Assembly: GCA_902796795.1 (NCBI GenBank)
Contig: CADBQM010000304.1
Coordinates: 1-45,899, forward strand
Length of the DNA stretch: 45,899 nt
Reading direction: 5' to 3'
From: an uncultured Eubacteriales bacterium
GTDB taxonomy: Bacteria; Bacillota; Clostridia; Lachnospirales; Lachnospiraceae
The position numbers were made by a program, and so were the translations under genes. Under the pieces are notes generated by a model that was given only the letters and a program-made list of their open reading frames with translations, had not been told where the DNA came from and did not search any database. Positions 33,807-42,621 of the stretch are shown piece after piece; the first letter of the stretch is position 1, and each line of letters opens with the position of its first letter.

Positions 33807-36590
33807 TTAATCAAGTTCTGAGATATATCTTGCTGCTTCCATGCCTGCGATGCGCCCCGTGTTCACTGCGAAGCCCATGGAGTTGCCGGGCAGCAGGAAC
33901 ATGTAGCTGTCGTTGTAGAGGTTGCAGGCGTCCGCGCCGGCTGCGTAGAGGCCAGGGATCGGATAGAAATCCTTGTCACAGGCTTCGCAGTTATCGTTGA
34001 TGCGGATGCCGCCGACGGTACCGTAGGCGCCGGGGCCGATCTTGCAGGCGTAGAACGGTGCCTTGTAGATCGGACGAAGATACCGGCCGGGCTTGTAGAA
34101 CTGCGTGTCGGTCGTATCGCAGAAGCCGTTGTACTCGTCGACGGTCTCCCGAAGGATCTCTGGGTCCGCGCCGAGCTTTTCGGCCAGTTCTTCGATCGTA
34201 TTTGCCACGATCGGATATTCGTTCTTGTTCTCCTCCGCCATTTTGATGCCGTCATAGAAATCAGAGACGTCCGTATTCGAACGTACCATGCTGACGACGT
34301 CAACGCCGTTCCGGATGTATTCACGGACGATCGAATCGTCGACGATCGAATACGAGGAGCGGTCCTTCTGATAGCTGATCGCATTGGAGAGGAAGGTCGT
34401 GTTCTGCATGTATTCCTCGTTCATGAAGCGCCGGCCGAAGGCGTTGACCAGGAGGTTCGGCTGGAAGAAGATACTGGAAACGCTGTCCGGCAGCCCTTCG
34501 ACGCCGACCATCATCGCCGCCTGCTCCATCCGGACCTGTACGTGGTCCACGCCGGCTTCCCAGGCCATCCTGAGACCGTCGCCGGTAATGCCCGGGATCG
34601 CGAAGTTGAACATGTCCTTATTGAAGGTATAGCCGGTCTCCTGATAGATCATTTCCGGATTCGCGCCGGCACCGCCGGTGCAGATGATCGCCGCCTTGCA
34701 GTTCACCCGGACCTTTTCGCCGGACGAGGTCTCCGCCAGGACGCCGGTCACACGCTCGTCTTCCTTGACGATGTGCAGCGCGCGGGTCTCCAGCAGGAAT
34801 TCGACGCCGAGCTCCAGCGCCTTGTTGTAGAGAGCCTTGTTCATGAAGGAAGCTGCACGCGGTCCGATCCGCTGGCCGCTCTTCACGATATGCCAGGTGC
34901 ACTCGGACTGCGGGAAGTAACGAAAAGCGCCTTCAAATTCCACGCCCATGCCTTCCAGCCATTCGATGGTCTCCGCGGACTGCGTGAAGTAGCGCTTGAC
35001 GAGCCGTGCGTCCACCTGGTAGTGCGTGTATTCCATGAACATGTTGAAGGCCTTTTCGACCGTGATGTCTTCCATCTGCTGCTTCTGGTACTTCGTCCCG
35101 ATGCCCAGGGGGCCCATGCCCATGTTTGCCGCGCCGCCGACCGCTGCAGCCTTCTCAAGCACGATGACCTTCGCGCCCTTCTCCGCTGCCTGGACCGCCG
35201 CCGAAAGGCCGGACGGGCCGCCGGCGATCACGCAGATCTCTGTATCGTAAGTCTTCATCTGATCTCCTTCCTGAAGGAACTTGGTGATGTCAAAAGCTTC
35301 ATAAGCCACCGTCTTCGGACCCGAAGCCGGGGCCTCAGCCGTGCTCTTATGCCCTGCGGGCCGTGTGATCCGTTTCGATGCCTTCTTCGTTTCCGCCGCG
35401 CCGCCTGCCGCAGTGCCTCTGCCGACCTTCATCGGACGGTCGGGGAGTTTCGGGAGCGCGCCTTCGGTAACGACGATGGCCTGTTCCGGGCAGACTTCCA
35501 TGCACTTTCCGCAGAAGGTGCAGCGTCCGTTGTCGATCAGGTGGACATAGCCCGGACGGCCTTCGACCGCGTCCGCTTCGCAGACCGCTGCACATTTGCC
35601 GCAGCCGGTGCACTTCGCGGGATCGATGTAGATCTTCTCTTTCCGGAAGCAGACGCCCGCCGGGCACTGCTTCTTCTGATGTGCTTCGAATTCCGCGCGG
35701 TATTTCGCGAGTGCTGTGAGGAGGAAGTCCGCGCCGCGCTGGCCGATACTGCAGAGGGAGGAGAAGTCCATCGCTTCGCCGATCTCTTCGATGATGTCGA
35801 AGTGGCCGGCGTCGCCCTTCCCTGCCTTCACTTCTGCCAAGAAGGCCTGGATCTGCAGGAGCCCCTCCCGGCAGAACGTACACTTGCCGCAGCTTTCCTG
35901 TCTGGACCGGAGCAGTCCGTCGAGCGCGTCCGCGACCAGGCAGTCCTTTTCCGTCACGAAACGAACGACGCCGCTGCCGAGTACGGTCTCCGGCAGGATC
36001 TCGAGCGCTTCCGCCTCTTCCTTCGTCAGCACACGACTGCCGAGCTGAACGGCCTTGAGGCCGGCCGGCAGCGGGAAGATCTCCTGAAGCTTCGTGCCGA
36101 ACGGGGCGGTCTTCACGAGGAAGCCTTCTGCTTCACGGCAGTACAGCCGGATCTCCGGCAGAACGCCTTCCATGAGCTTTGCCAGGGCAAAGGCGGTCTC
36201 GATATGGAAGCGCGCATGCTCCGCGAATTCGCGTGCCGGGACGATCCCGCAGCGGATCTCGTCCGGGAAGCCGGCCGCTTCTTTCTGTGTTTTAAGTGTC
36301 TCCGCAAGCGCTGTTTCTTCTTCCGGCAGATACAGGACGGCTTTTTCCGCGTCCGTCAGCTCCTTCAGAAGCACGATGCCGCGGAACACCGCCTCCGCTT
36401 CTTCCCGAAGCAGTACGAGCAGCGCACGGTCAAAATCATTATTGTTCAGGGCGACGGCGATGTCTGCCGCCCCGCCGGTCTCTTTCAGGCGGCTGAGTTC
36501 CGCAGCGGCTTCTTCTATCCGCGCTGCGAGCGGCTCGTTGTAGACGCCGTATTCGCGGAGTCCGGCCGCACGTACGTCTTCGATCCTCAT
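33807..36590 (-). CDS. Multidomain Fe-S flavoprotein: degenerate NuoF-like module (SLBB plus 4Fe-4S), 2x[4Fe-4S] ferredoxin, then a fumarate-reductase/KstD-family FAD domain, 927 aa
   Basis: The ATG at 36590 overlaps the upstream stop (ATGA). NuoF-type cluster motif ESCGKCTFCREG...LCSIGQ, with no FMN/NADH glycine-rich motif. Ferredoxin motifs CTGCGKCAAVCE and CTFCGKCMEVCP. A low-complexity linker is followed by the FAD dinucleotide motif ICVIAGGPSGLSAAVQAAEKGAKVIVLEK, and GLYAAGAD near the C-terminus. Confidence 0.8.
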   Translation of the reverse strand: MRIEDVRAAGLREYGVYNEPLAARIEEAAAELSRLKETGGAADIAVALNNNDFDRALLVLLREEAEAVFRGIVLLKELTDAEKAVLYLPEEETALAETLKTQKEAAGFPDEIRCGIVPAREFAEHARFHIETAFALAKLMEGVLPEIRLYCREAEGFLVKTAPFGTKLQEIFPLPAGLKAVQLGSRVLTKEEAEALEILPETVLGSGVVRFVTEKDCLVADALDGLLRSRQESCGKCTFCREGLLQIQAFLAEVKAGKGDAGHFDIIEEIGEAMDFSSLCSIGQRGADFLLTALAKYRAEFEAHQKKQCPAGVCFRKEKIYIDPAKCTGCGKCAAVCEADAVEGRPGYVHLIDNGRCTFCGKCMEVCPEQAIVVTEGALPKLPDRPMKVGRGTAAGGAAETKKASKRITRPAGHKSTAEAPASGPKTVAYEAFDITKFLQEGDQMKTYDTEICVIAGGPSGLSAAVQAAEKGAKVIVLEKAAAVGGAANMGMGPLGIGTKYQKQQMEDITVEKAFNMFMEYTHYQVDARLVKRYFTQSAETIEWLEGMGVEFEGAFRYFPQSECTWHIVKSGQRIGPRAASFMNKALYNKALELGVEFLLETRALHIVKEDERVTGVLAETSSGEKVRVNCKAAIICTGGAGANPEMIYQETGYTFNKDMFNFAIPGITGDGLRMAWEAGVDHVQVRMEQAAMMVGVEGLPDSVSSIFFQPNLLVNAFGRRFMNEEYMQNTTFLSNAISYQKDRSSYSIVDDSIVREYIRNGVDVVSMVRSNTDVSDFYDGIKMAEENKNEYPIVANTIEELAEKLGADPEILRETVDEYNGFCDTTDTQFYKPGRYLRPIYKAPFYACKIGPGAYGTVGGIRINDNCEACDKDFYPIPGLYAAGADACNLYNDSYMFLLPGNSMGFAVNTGRIAGMEAARYISELD

Positions 36591-38704
36591 GCCGTCACCT
36601 CCTCTTTGCTTACGTCGCTCCAGAGTCTCGGACGCGAGATCTTCAGCGCCAGGTCACACTGCAGGCAGCGCTCCGCTTCCGCGCAGATGCTGCAGTCGGA
36701 GATACCGTGGTCGAAAAGGCGGAAGTTGTCTGCACGCATTTCGGCGGGATCCGCATCCGTTTTCTTCCGCTCCAGATAGCCGAAGCCTTCGATCTTCCCG
36801 ATCTTCGGATCCGCATGCTGTTCCGGCGCCAGTTTTTCTGAGATATCCCCGTCGCCGCCTAAGTAGCGGTCGATCTCCGAAGCTGCCTCACGGCCGGCTT
36901 CGATGGCCTGGATCACGGATTTCGTGCCGTAGACCACGTCGCCCGCGCCGAAAATGCCCTCCGTGGAGGTCGCGTTCTTTCCGGGGAGACAGACCACATA
37001 GCTGCCGCGGAAGAGCTCCAGGCCGCTGACCTCCGAAAGGTCCGGGTGCTGGCCGACCGCGAAGATTACGGTGTCCGCGTCGATGTGATGCTCCGAGCCT
37101 TCTTCCTTCTCGGTGATCGCACGCCGGTTCTCGTCAAAATGGAAGCCGAGCACATTCATGAAATCCACACCGGTCACATGATCTTCGCCGGTGATCCGTT
37201 CGAAGCTCTGTGCCGGATGGACGAAGATGCCTTCTTCCTTCGCCTGTTCGATCTCTTCATCGTCCGCGGTCATCTTTTCACGAGCTTCGAGACAGGCGAC
37301 ATGGATCTCCTTCGCGCCGAGGCGTCTTGCGGATCTTGCGCAGTCAAACGCCACGTTGCCGCCGCCGAGCACGATGACCCTTTCGCCGATGCCGGTCGGC
37401 AGGCCCATAGAGCAGTTCCTCAAGAAATCAATGTTCAGGATGACGCCCGGAAGATTTGAACCGGGGATCGGGAGCTTGGTGCCGACGTGCGTGCCGATCG
37501 CGATCAGTACCGCGTCGTAGTCCGCAAGCAGCTTCTTCGGCTCGGTAATCCGTTCATTGTATTCGATCTTCACGCCGGTATCCGTGATCACGGAAACTTC
37601 GCCGGCCACGACTTCCCGCGGGAGACGGTAGGCCGGAATGCCGTAGCGCATCATGCCGCCGGCTTCCGGAAGCGCTTCCTTCACGGTGACGTCGTGGCCC
37701 TGTTTTCTGAGATAATACGCCGCCGTCAGGCCTGCAGGGCCCGCACCGACGACACAGACTTTCTTTCCAGTATCCGGCAGCTGTTTGCCTCTGCCCTTCC
37801 AGTATTTCCCGCTGTCGTGCTCTGACGCATAACGCTTGATGTTCCGGATGGACATCGCTTCGTTCACATCGACACGTTTGCAGGCCAGTTCACAGACATG
37901 ATTGCAGACGAGGCCGAGCGAGCCGGGGAACGGCGCCTTTTCACGGATCACCGCGGCGGCTGCGTCATAATCGCCTTCCTTCACGAAGCGGATATAGCGG
38001 GGCACATCCGTATGCGCAGGACAGGATCCCTTGCAGGGAACGGTCCGGTCTTCTCTTGTAAAATCTTTGGTCTGCTCCCGTTCTTTCAGCCGGATGGTGC
38101 CGGTGGGACAGACTTCCGCGCAGGCGCCGCAGAAACGGCAGTCCGCGTCCTTCAATAATTTCTCATGCAGGGTCCCCACATAAGTCTCGAGGTCCTTTTT
38201 CCTGTAGTCCAGGACGCCGACGCCCCGGAGCTCCTGACAGGCGCGCACACAGCGTCCGCAGAGGATGCAGCGGTTCATGTCGTGGATCAGCAGGGGGTTC
38301 CGCTCCTCGGTCTTAAAACCGCGGGTGCGATGCTTCATGCGGGTATTGCTCGCGCCGATATACTGGATCATCGTCTGGAGCTCACAGTTGCCGTATTTGG
38401 GGCAGGTGGAGCAGTCTTCAGGATGGCCCGCGAGCAGCAGCTCCATGGCAAGTTCCCGGAGCTTTTTCAGTTTTTCGCTTTTGGTAACGATCACCATGCC
38501 GTCTTCCGCGGTCAGCTTACAGGAGGAAACGGGATGTTCCTTCCCTTCAACTTCGACGATGCACAGGCGGCAGGAACCGTTTTCCGGAAGATCTTTGTGA
38601 TGACAAAGATGCGGGATATAGATCCCGGCGTCGAGCGCACATTCCAGAATATTCTTATGATCCGGCACGGTCAGCCGGATGCCGTCGATCGTAATATTCG
38701 CCAT
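36587..38704 (-). CDS. Fe-S/NAD(P)H subunit: NuoG/HydA-N-terminus-like [2Fe-2S] plus [4Fe-4S] module fused to a GltD-like FAD/NAD(P)H oxidoreductase, 705 aa
   Basis: RBS AAGGGAGAAG. Motifs: ITIDG...CHHKDL...GSCRLCIVEV, HPEDCSTCPKYGNC, CILCGRCVRAC and CRFCGACAEVCP. GltD-type region CKGSCPAHTDVP...VCNHVCELACKR, with two dinucleotide folds VCVVGAGPAGLTAAYYL and VIVLGGGNVAFDCARSA. Confidence 0.8.
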   Translation of the reverse strand: MANITIDGIRLTVPDHKNILECALDAGIYIPHLCHHKDLPENGSCRLCIVEVEGKEHPVSSCKLTAEDGMVIVTKSEKLKKLRELAMELLLAGHPEDCSTCPKYGNCELQTMIQYIGASNTRMKHRTRGFKTEERNPLLIHDMNRCILCGRCVRACQELRGVGVLDYRKKDLETYVGTLHEKLLKDADCRFCGACAEVCPTGTIRLKEREQTKDFTREDRTVPCKGSCPAHTDVPRYIRFVKEGDYDAAAAVIREKAPFPGSLGLVCNHVCELACKRVDVNEAMSIRNIKRYASEHDSGKYWKGRGKQLPDTGKKVCVVGAGPAGLTAAYYLRKQGHDVTVKEALPEAGGMMRYGIPAYRLPREVVAGEVSVITDTGVKIEYNERITEPKKLLADYDAVLIAIGTHVGTKLPIPGSNLPGVILNIDFLRNCSMGLPTGIGERVIVLGGGNVAFDCARSARRLGAKEIHVACLEAREKMTADDEEIEQAKEEGIFVHPAQSFERITGEDHVTGVDFMNVLGFHFDENRRAITEKEEGSEHHIDADTVIFAVGQHPDLSEVSGLELFRGSYVVCLPGKNATSTEGIFGAGDVVYGTKSVIQAIEAGREAASEIDRYLGGDGDISEKLAPEQHADPKIGKIEGFGYLERKKTDADPAEMRADNFRLFDHGISDCSICAEAERCLQCDLALKISRPRLWSDVSKEEVTA

Positions 38705-38803
38705 AAGGTCTTCTCCCTTAACAGGTCTCGATATGACAGGGTCCGTAAACAGGAAGGAGCTCCGGCTGTGTAGATGCAGCCAGGGCTCCTGCTTTTAAGA
38801 ATA

Positions 38804-39907
38804 TCAGAAGCGGATCTCGTGACCGGTCTCCGCTGCCTTGTAGATCGCGTCAAGCACTTTGGTAACGACCAGCGCTTCTTCCGGCTTGACGAGCGGCTCT
38901 GTCCCGTTGATGATGGCGTTCAGCCACTGACGGTTGTCGATCACGCCGGGTTCCGCGGAACCGCCTTCAAAGTAAGCGACCGCGCCGCCGCCTGCGAGCA
39001 CTTCGTCCATCAGCTGGCCGTTCCGGCCGCGGTTGTAGACCACGGACTGGCTCGGATAGCTCATGCCGGAGATGATCTCCGCACCGGCCTTGGTGCCGCA
39101 GAGGGTCGTCGCCGCTTCCTTGGCATCCCTTAAGTTGATCGCCCATGCAGCTTCCAGGCTGATGGTCGCGCCGTTCTTCATCTTGATGAAGCCCATTGCG
39201 CTGTCTTCGACTTCATAGGTCTCCGGATCCCAGGGACCGAATACGTTGCCCTCGGTCGCCTGCTGCAGGTGGCCAAGTTTATAAAACACGCTGCCGCTGA
39301 CGGATTCCACGTCATAGTTGTTCATGCACCACAGGGTGATGTCCAGTGCGTGGGTGCCGATGTCGATCAGGGGACCGCCGCCCTGCAGGGCCTTGTTCGG
39401 GAATACGCCCCAGGTCGGTACGCCGCGGCGGCGGATCGCATGTGCCTTGCCGTAGTAGATCTCACCGAGATCGCCGGCTTCGCAGGCTGCCTTCAGGTTC
39501 TGGACTTCCGGACGGAAACGGTTCTGATAGCCGATCGTGAACTGCTTGCCGCTCTTCTTCCAGGCTTCGATCATCTTTTCCGCGTCTTCGGGGCTGTGGC
39601 TCATCGGCTTCTCGCAATATACATGCTTGCCCTGAGCAAATGCCTCGACCGTGATCTCGCAGTGGCTGACGTTGGGGGTGCAGACATGGACGACGTCCAC
39701 ATCCGGATTCGCGCAGAGCTCATGATAGTCTTCACAGACCTGCGCGCCGGGCACGCCGTACTCTTCGGCTGCCTTTTCCGCTCTCTCGAGGATGATGTCG
39801 CAGAATGCGACCACTTCGCAGAGGTCACTGTTCGCCTTCATTGCCGGAAGGTGCTTCTGGTTCGCGATACCGCCGCAGCCGATCACGCCGATTCTAAGTT
39901 TTGCCAT
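38804..39907 (-). CDS. Gfo/Idh/MocA oxidoreductase, DgpA-like (second copy), 367 aa
   Basis: RBS AAGGAGAAAC. Collinear with 2291-3385 over its full length (IGVIGCGGIANQKH, CEKPM, GVFPNKALQGGGPLIDIGTHALD, WDPETYEVEDSAMG). Confidence 0.8.
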   Translation of the reverse strand: MAKLRIGVIGCGGIANQKHLPAMKANSDLCEVVAFCDIILERAEKAAEEYGVPGAQVCEDYHELCANPDVDVVHVCTPNVSHCEITVEAFAQGKHVYCEKPMSHSPEDAEKMIEAWKKSGKQFTIGYQNRFRPEVQNLKAACEAGDLGEIYYGKAHAIRRRGVPTWGVFPNKALQGGGPLIDIGTHALDITLWCMNNYDVESVSGSVFYKLGHLQQATEGNVFGPWDPETYEVEDSAMGFIKMKNGATISLEAAWAINLRDAKEAATTLCGTKAGAEIISGMSYPSQSVVYNRGRNGQLMDEVLAGGGAVAYFEGGSAEPGVIDNRQWLNAIINGTEPLVKPEEALVVTKVLDAIYKAAETGHEIRF

Positions 39908-39949
39908 GTTTGTTTCTCCTTTATTCTTTGTGTTGTATGAAGTTTGTTG

Positions 39950-41014
39950 TCAGGCTTCAAAAGGCACTGCCTTTCCGGTCCTTGCGGATTCACGGAAAGC
40001 ATCCATGATGCAGAGGTCGCGGCGGACCTGGGGCAATGTCACCTCAAAGGGCGTCCCTTCCTCCATCGCACGGATGTAGCCCTTGAACCAGTCAAGGTCA
40101 TTTGTCGGCACGTCCGGCAGGGGCTCTTCATAGAGCAGGCCTTCTTCCGGCGGTCCGAAGGAACGGGTGGGTCCGGCGGAGGTCATCGTGATCTTGCCGG
40201 GAACGTTCTCCAGCAGATGCCGTGTACGAACGATCCGCCGGGTCTCCTTCATGCCATTCAGGAAGTCAATATCGAGCAGCGCCGTTCCCGTATCGCCGGC
40301 GACGATCCACGCACGCTTGGGCGTCAGGAAGTAGGTACCAAGCTCGATCTCGGCAGTAAGGCCGCTCTCAAAGCGGAAGACCAGGAGGAAGTAATCGTCG
40401 ACTTCCTTGTTGATCACGTTCTTGATGTCCGCATAGACGGACACGACCTTTTCGTCCACCATGTCCAGGATCTGGTCGATCAGATGGATGCCCCAGTCAT
40501 AGAGCATGCCGCCGCCCATTTCCGGATAGATGTGCCAGTCGTGCATGTTGCCGTTGACGCCGTACATCATGGAACGGACAAGATAAGGCTTTCCGACCAG
40601 GCCTTGTTTCAGCACGGCCTTCATCGGCACGAAATCCGGGTCGTGGCGGCGCTGCTGATGCACCGTCATGCGTACGCCGGCCTTTTCTGCCTCCGCGACC
40701 ATCTCGTCAAAGTCCGCGACCGTCAACGCCGCCGGCTTTTCACAGATGATGTGCTTGCCCGCGCGGGCCGCCTTCACAGCCGCTTCCTTGTGGAGCGGGT
40801 TCGGGATCACGATCAGTACGGTATTGACTTCCGGATCCGCGATCAGCTCGTCCATGTCGGTGTACTTCCGTACGCCTTCCGGCGCGTCATCCATCTGGGA
40901 AGGAACGATATCGCAGATCGCTTCGATCGAGATCTCCGGAATCCGCTTCAGCAGGTTCATATGCTCGTGGCCCATAAAACCGTAACCCAGGATGCCAAGT
41001 CTGATATCAGCCAT
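39950..41014 (-). CDS. Gfo/Idh/MocA oxidoreductase (distinct subfamily), 354 aa
   Basis: RBS GGAGG. Motifs LGILGYGFMGHEH and ICEKPAA. The C-terminal alpha/beta domain differs from that of the DgpA-like pair. Confidence 0.8.
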   Translation of the reverse strand: MADIRLGILGYGFMGHEHMNLLKRIPEISIEAICDIVPSQMDDAPEGVRKYTDMDELIADPEVNTVLIVIPNPLHKEAAVKAARAGKHIICEKPAALTVADFDEMVAEAEKAGVRMTVHQQRRHDPDFVPMKAVLKQGLVGKPYLVRSMMYGVNGNMHDWHIYPEMGGGMLYDWGIHLIDQILDMVDEKVVSVYADIKNVINKEVDDYFLLVFRFESGLTAEIELGTYFLTPKRAWIVAGDTGTALLDIDFLNGMKETRRIVRTRHLLENVPGKITMTSAGPTRSFGPPEEGLLYEEPLPDVPTNDLDWFKGYIRAMEEGTPFEVTLPQVRRDLCIMDAFRESARTGKAVPFEA

Positions 41015-41029
41015 GTGTTGCCTCCAAAA

Positions 41030-41326
41030 TCATTGCTCTTTGTAGTCCGGCGCGTAATTGTAGAACGGTGCGAGAAGATCTCCCATATCGTCCTTGTGCG
41101 CCGCGATGTTCTCCCGCACGGTGCCCATCATGTCATGCAGCTCATGATAATGCTCATAGAGCCCGGCAAGCGTGTTCCGTGCGCGTTTCTTCTCCGCGTC
41201 GGAGAAACTGACCCGGATCTTTCCGTCCGTCACTTCCAGGTACCCGTAGATGCCGCACAGGGGGCATTCCACTTCGGTGCCGTTTCCGGTCTTCGCGCCG
41301 CCGACGGAGATCGCAAGGATTTTCAC
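41030..41326 (-). CDS. Small protein (98 aa) that looks like a collapsed relic of the 31226-32173 flavoprotein family
   Basis: GTG start at 41326 after GGAGAAACAAAAC. ILAISVGGAKTGNGTE resembles CLVGVGGARTENWT of the 315-aa protein. EVECPLCGIYGYLEV...FSDAEKKRAR...EH resembles HVECAICGIHGVVKM...FSQAEQDRSR...EH. Only one CxxC pair remains. Confidence 0.45.
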   Translation of the reverse strand: MKILAISVGGAKTGNGTEVECPLCGIYGYLEVTDGKIRVSFSDAEKKRARNTLAGLYEHYHELHDMMGTVRENIAAHKDDMGDLLAPFYNYAPDYKEQ

Positions 41327-41348
41327 GTTTTGTTTCTCCGTCCGTTTT

Positions 41349-42347
41349 TTACTGTGCCGCTGCGCGGATCGCGGACATGATGATGTTGCCCTTCAGTTCC
41401 GATACCGGCGCACTTCTGGAGCAGTCGCACACGATCTTCTTAAAGCCCTGGAGCAGCGGTCCGTAGGCGTCCGCGTGGCCCATGATCTGGATCAGCTTGA
41501 CGCCGGCGTTGCCGACGTTCAGGTCCGGCCAGATGATGACGTTCGCCTTGCCGGCGACTTCGCTTTCACGCTTCACTTTCTTTGCCGCAACTGCCGGCAC
41601 GATCGCTGCGTCGAGCTGGAATTCACCATCGATCTTGAGATCCGGCCGTTTTTCCTTCGCGATCTCCACTGCTTCCTTCACCTTGTCCACGAGCGACCCC
41701 TGGCCGGAACCCAGTGTCGAGTAGCTGATGAACGCGCAGCGCGGCTCCCAGTCGAGAAGCTCGTGCACGGTCTCGCAGGCACTGATCGCAATGTCCGCCA
41801 GTTGCTCCGGCGAAGGATTCGCGCAGACGGCGGAATCGCCGACCGCAAGCAGTTCCCCTTCGGAACCCGCAAAGCCCGGGATCTCGCAGAGGCCGATGCT
41901 GGACACCGTAGAGATGCCCTCCTTCAGGCCGACGATCATCTGGCCGGCAAGCAGCACGTCCTCGGTGGTGTAATTGATGCCGGCAAACGTTACGTCCGCT
42001 TCACCGGCGGCTTCCATGACCATCGCAAAATGCAGGGGATCCTGCATACGGCGGTTCAGCGCCTTTTCCTTCAGGCGTGTATCCGGCAGCGCGATGTACT
42101 TTTCGATCAGGCGGGCCTTCATTTCTTCATCCTGCATATCCGCATAGATAAACTTTTCGGGATCCAGGCCCCGCTCAGCAGCGAGCGTCCGGTTCTTTTC
42201 ACTGTCACCGACCAGGATCGCTTTGATGCAGCCTTCCTGTACGCATTCGTAGGCGGCGTGCATCATTTTTTCGTTCTCCGCCTCCGGAAAAGCCACCCGC
42301 ATCGGATGACCGGCGGCTTTTGCGGCAAGCTCCTGAAGGAAACTCAT
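41349..42347 (-). CDS. pta: Phosphate acyltransferase of the Pta/Ptb family, 332 aa
   Basis: Full-length Pta pattern (RVAFPEAENEKMMHA, AGINYTTEDV, AVCANPSPEQLADIAI, IDGEFQLDAA, NVGNAGVKL). Its ATG overlaps the ACP stop (ATGA at 42344-42347). Confidence 0.85.
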   Translation of the reverse strand: MSFLQELAAKAAGHPMRVAFPEAENEKMMHAAYECVQEGCIKAILVGDSEKNRTLAAERGLDPEKFIYADMQDEEMKARLIEKYIALPDTRLKEKALNRRMQDPLHFAMVMEAAGEADVTFAGINYTTEDVLLAGQMIVGLKEGISTVSSIGLCEIPGFAGSEGELLAVGDSAVCANPSPEQLADIAISACETVHELLDWEPRCAFISYSTLGSGQGSLVDKVKEAVEIAKEKRPDLKIDGEFQLDAAIVPAVAAKKVKRESEVAGKANVIIWPDLNVGNAGVKLIQIMGHADAYGPLLQGFKKIVCDCSRSAPVSELKGNIIMSAIRAAAQ

Positions 42348-42586
42348 TCCATCTCCTCTTCTACTTTGTCCACGAGATCGCCGACGGTCTCGCAGGCTGC
42401 GGCGTCCTGAAGCTGGATCATGACGTCCAGTTCGTTTTCGATCTCGGATACCAGGCCGACCATCAGTACCGATGCGCCGCCCAGATCCTCCGCAAAACGG
42501 GTCTCCAGCGTCAGTTCCTCTTCGTCCTTCTTGTAAAGCTGCGCAATGATCTCAAAGATCTGGCTTTCAAGTTCTGTACGGTCCAT
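42344..42586 (-). CDS. Acyl carrier protein-like protein, 80 aa
   Basis: Four-helix ACP pattern with FAEDLGGASVLMVGLVSEIENEL, where canonical ACPs have DLGxDSLdxVEL. The Ser is retained. RBS AAAGGA. Confidence 0.7.
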   Translation of the reverse strand: MDRTELESQIFEIIAQLYKKDEEELTLETRFAEDLGGASVLMVGLVSEIENELDVMIQLQDAAACETVGDLVDKVEEEME

Positions 42587-42621
42587 TGTTGTTCATCCTT
42601 TCTTTTCTATTGATTTTCGGA

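Noticed and set aside
33807-38704. The idea that the Fe-S proteins are a glutamate synthase, an [FeFe]-hydrogenase or a formate dehydrogenase.
   Set aside because: There is no GltB large subunit, no H-cluster domain and no molybdopterin domain. Only the electron-transfer N-terminal modules of those enzymes are present, and they are fused to a GltD-like and a fumarate-reductase-like FAD domain.
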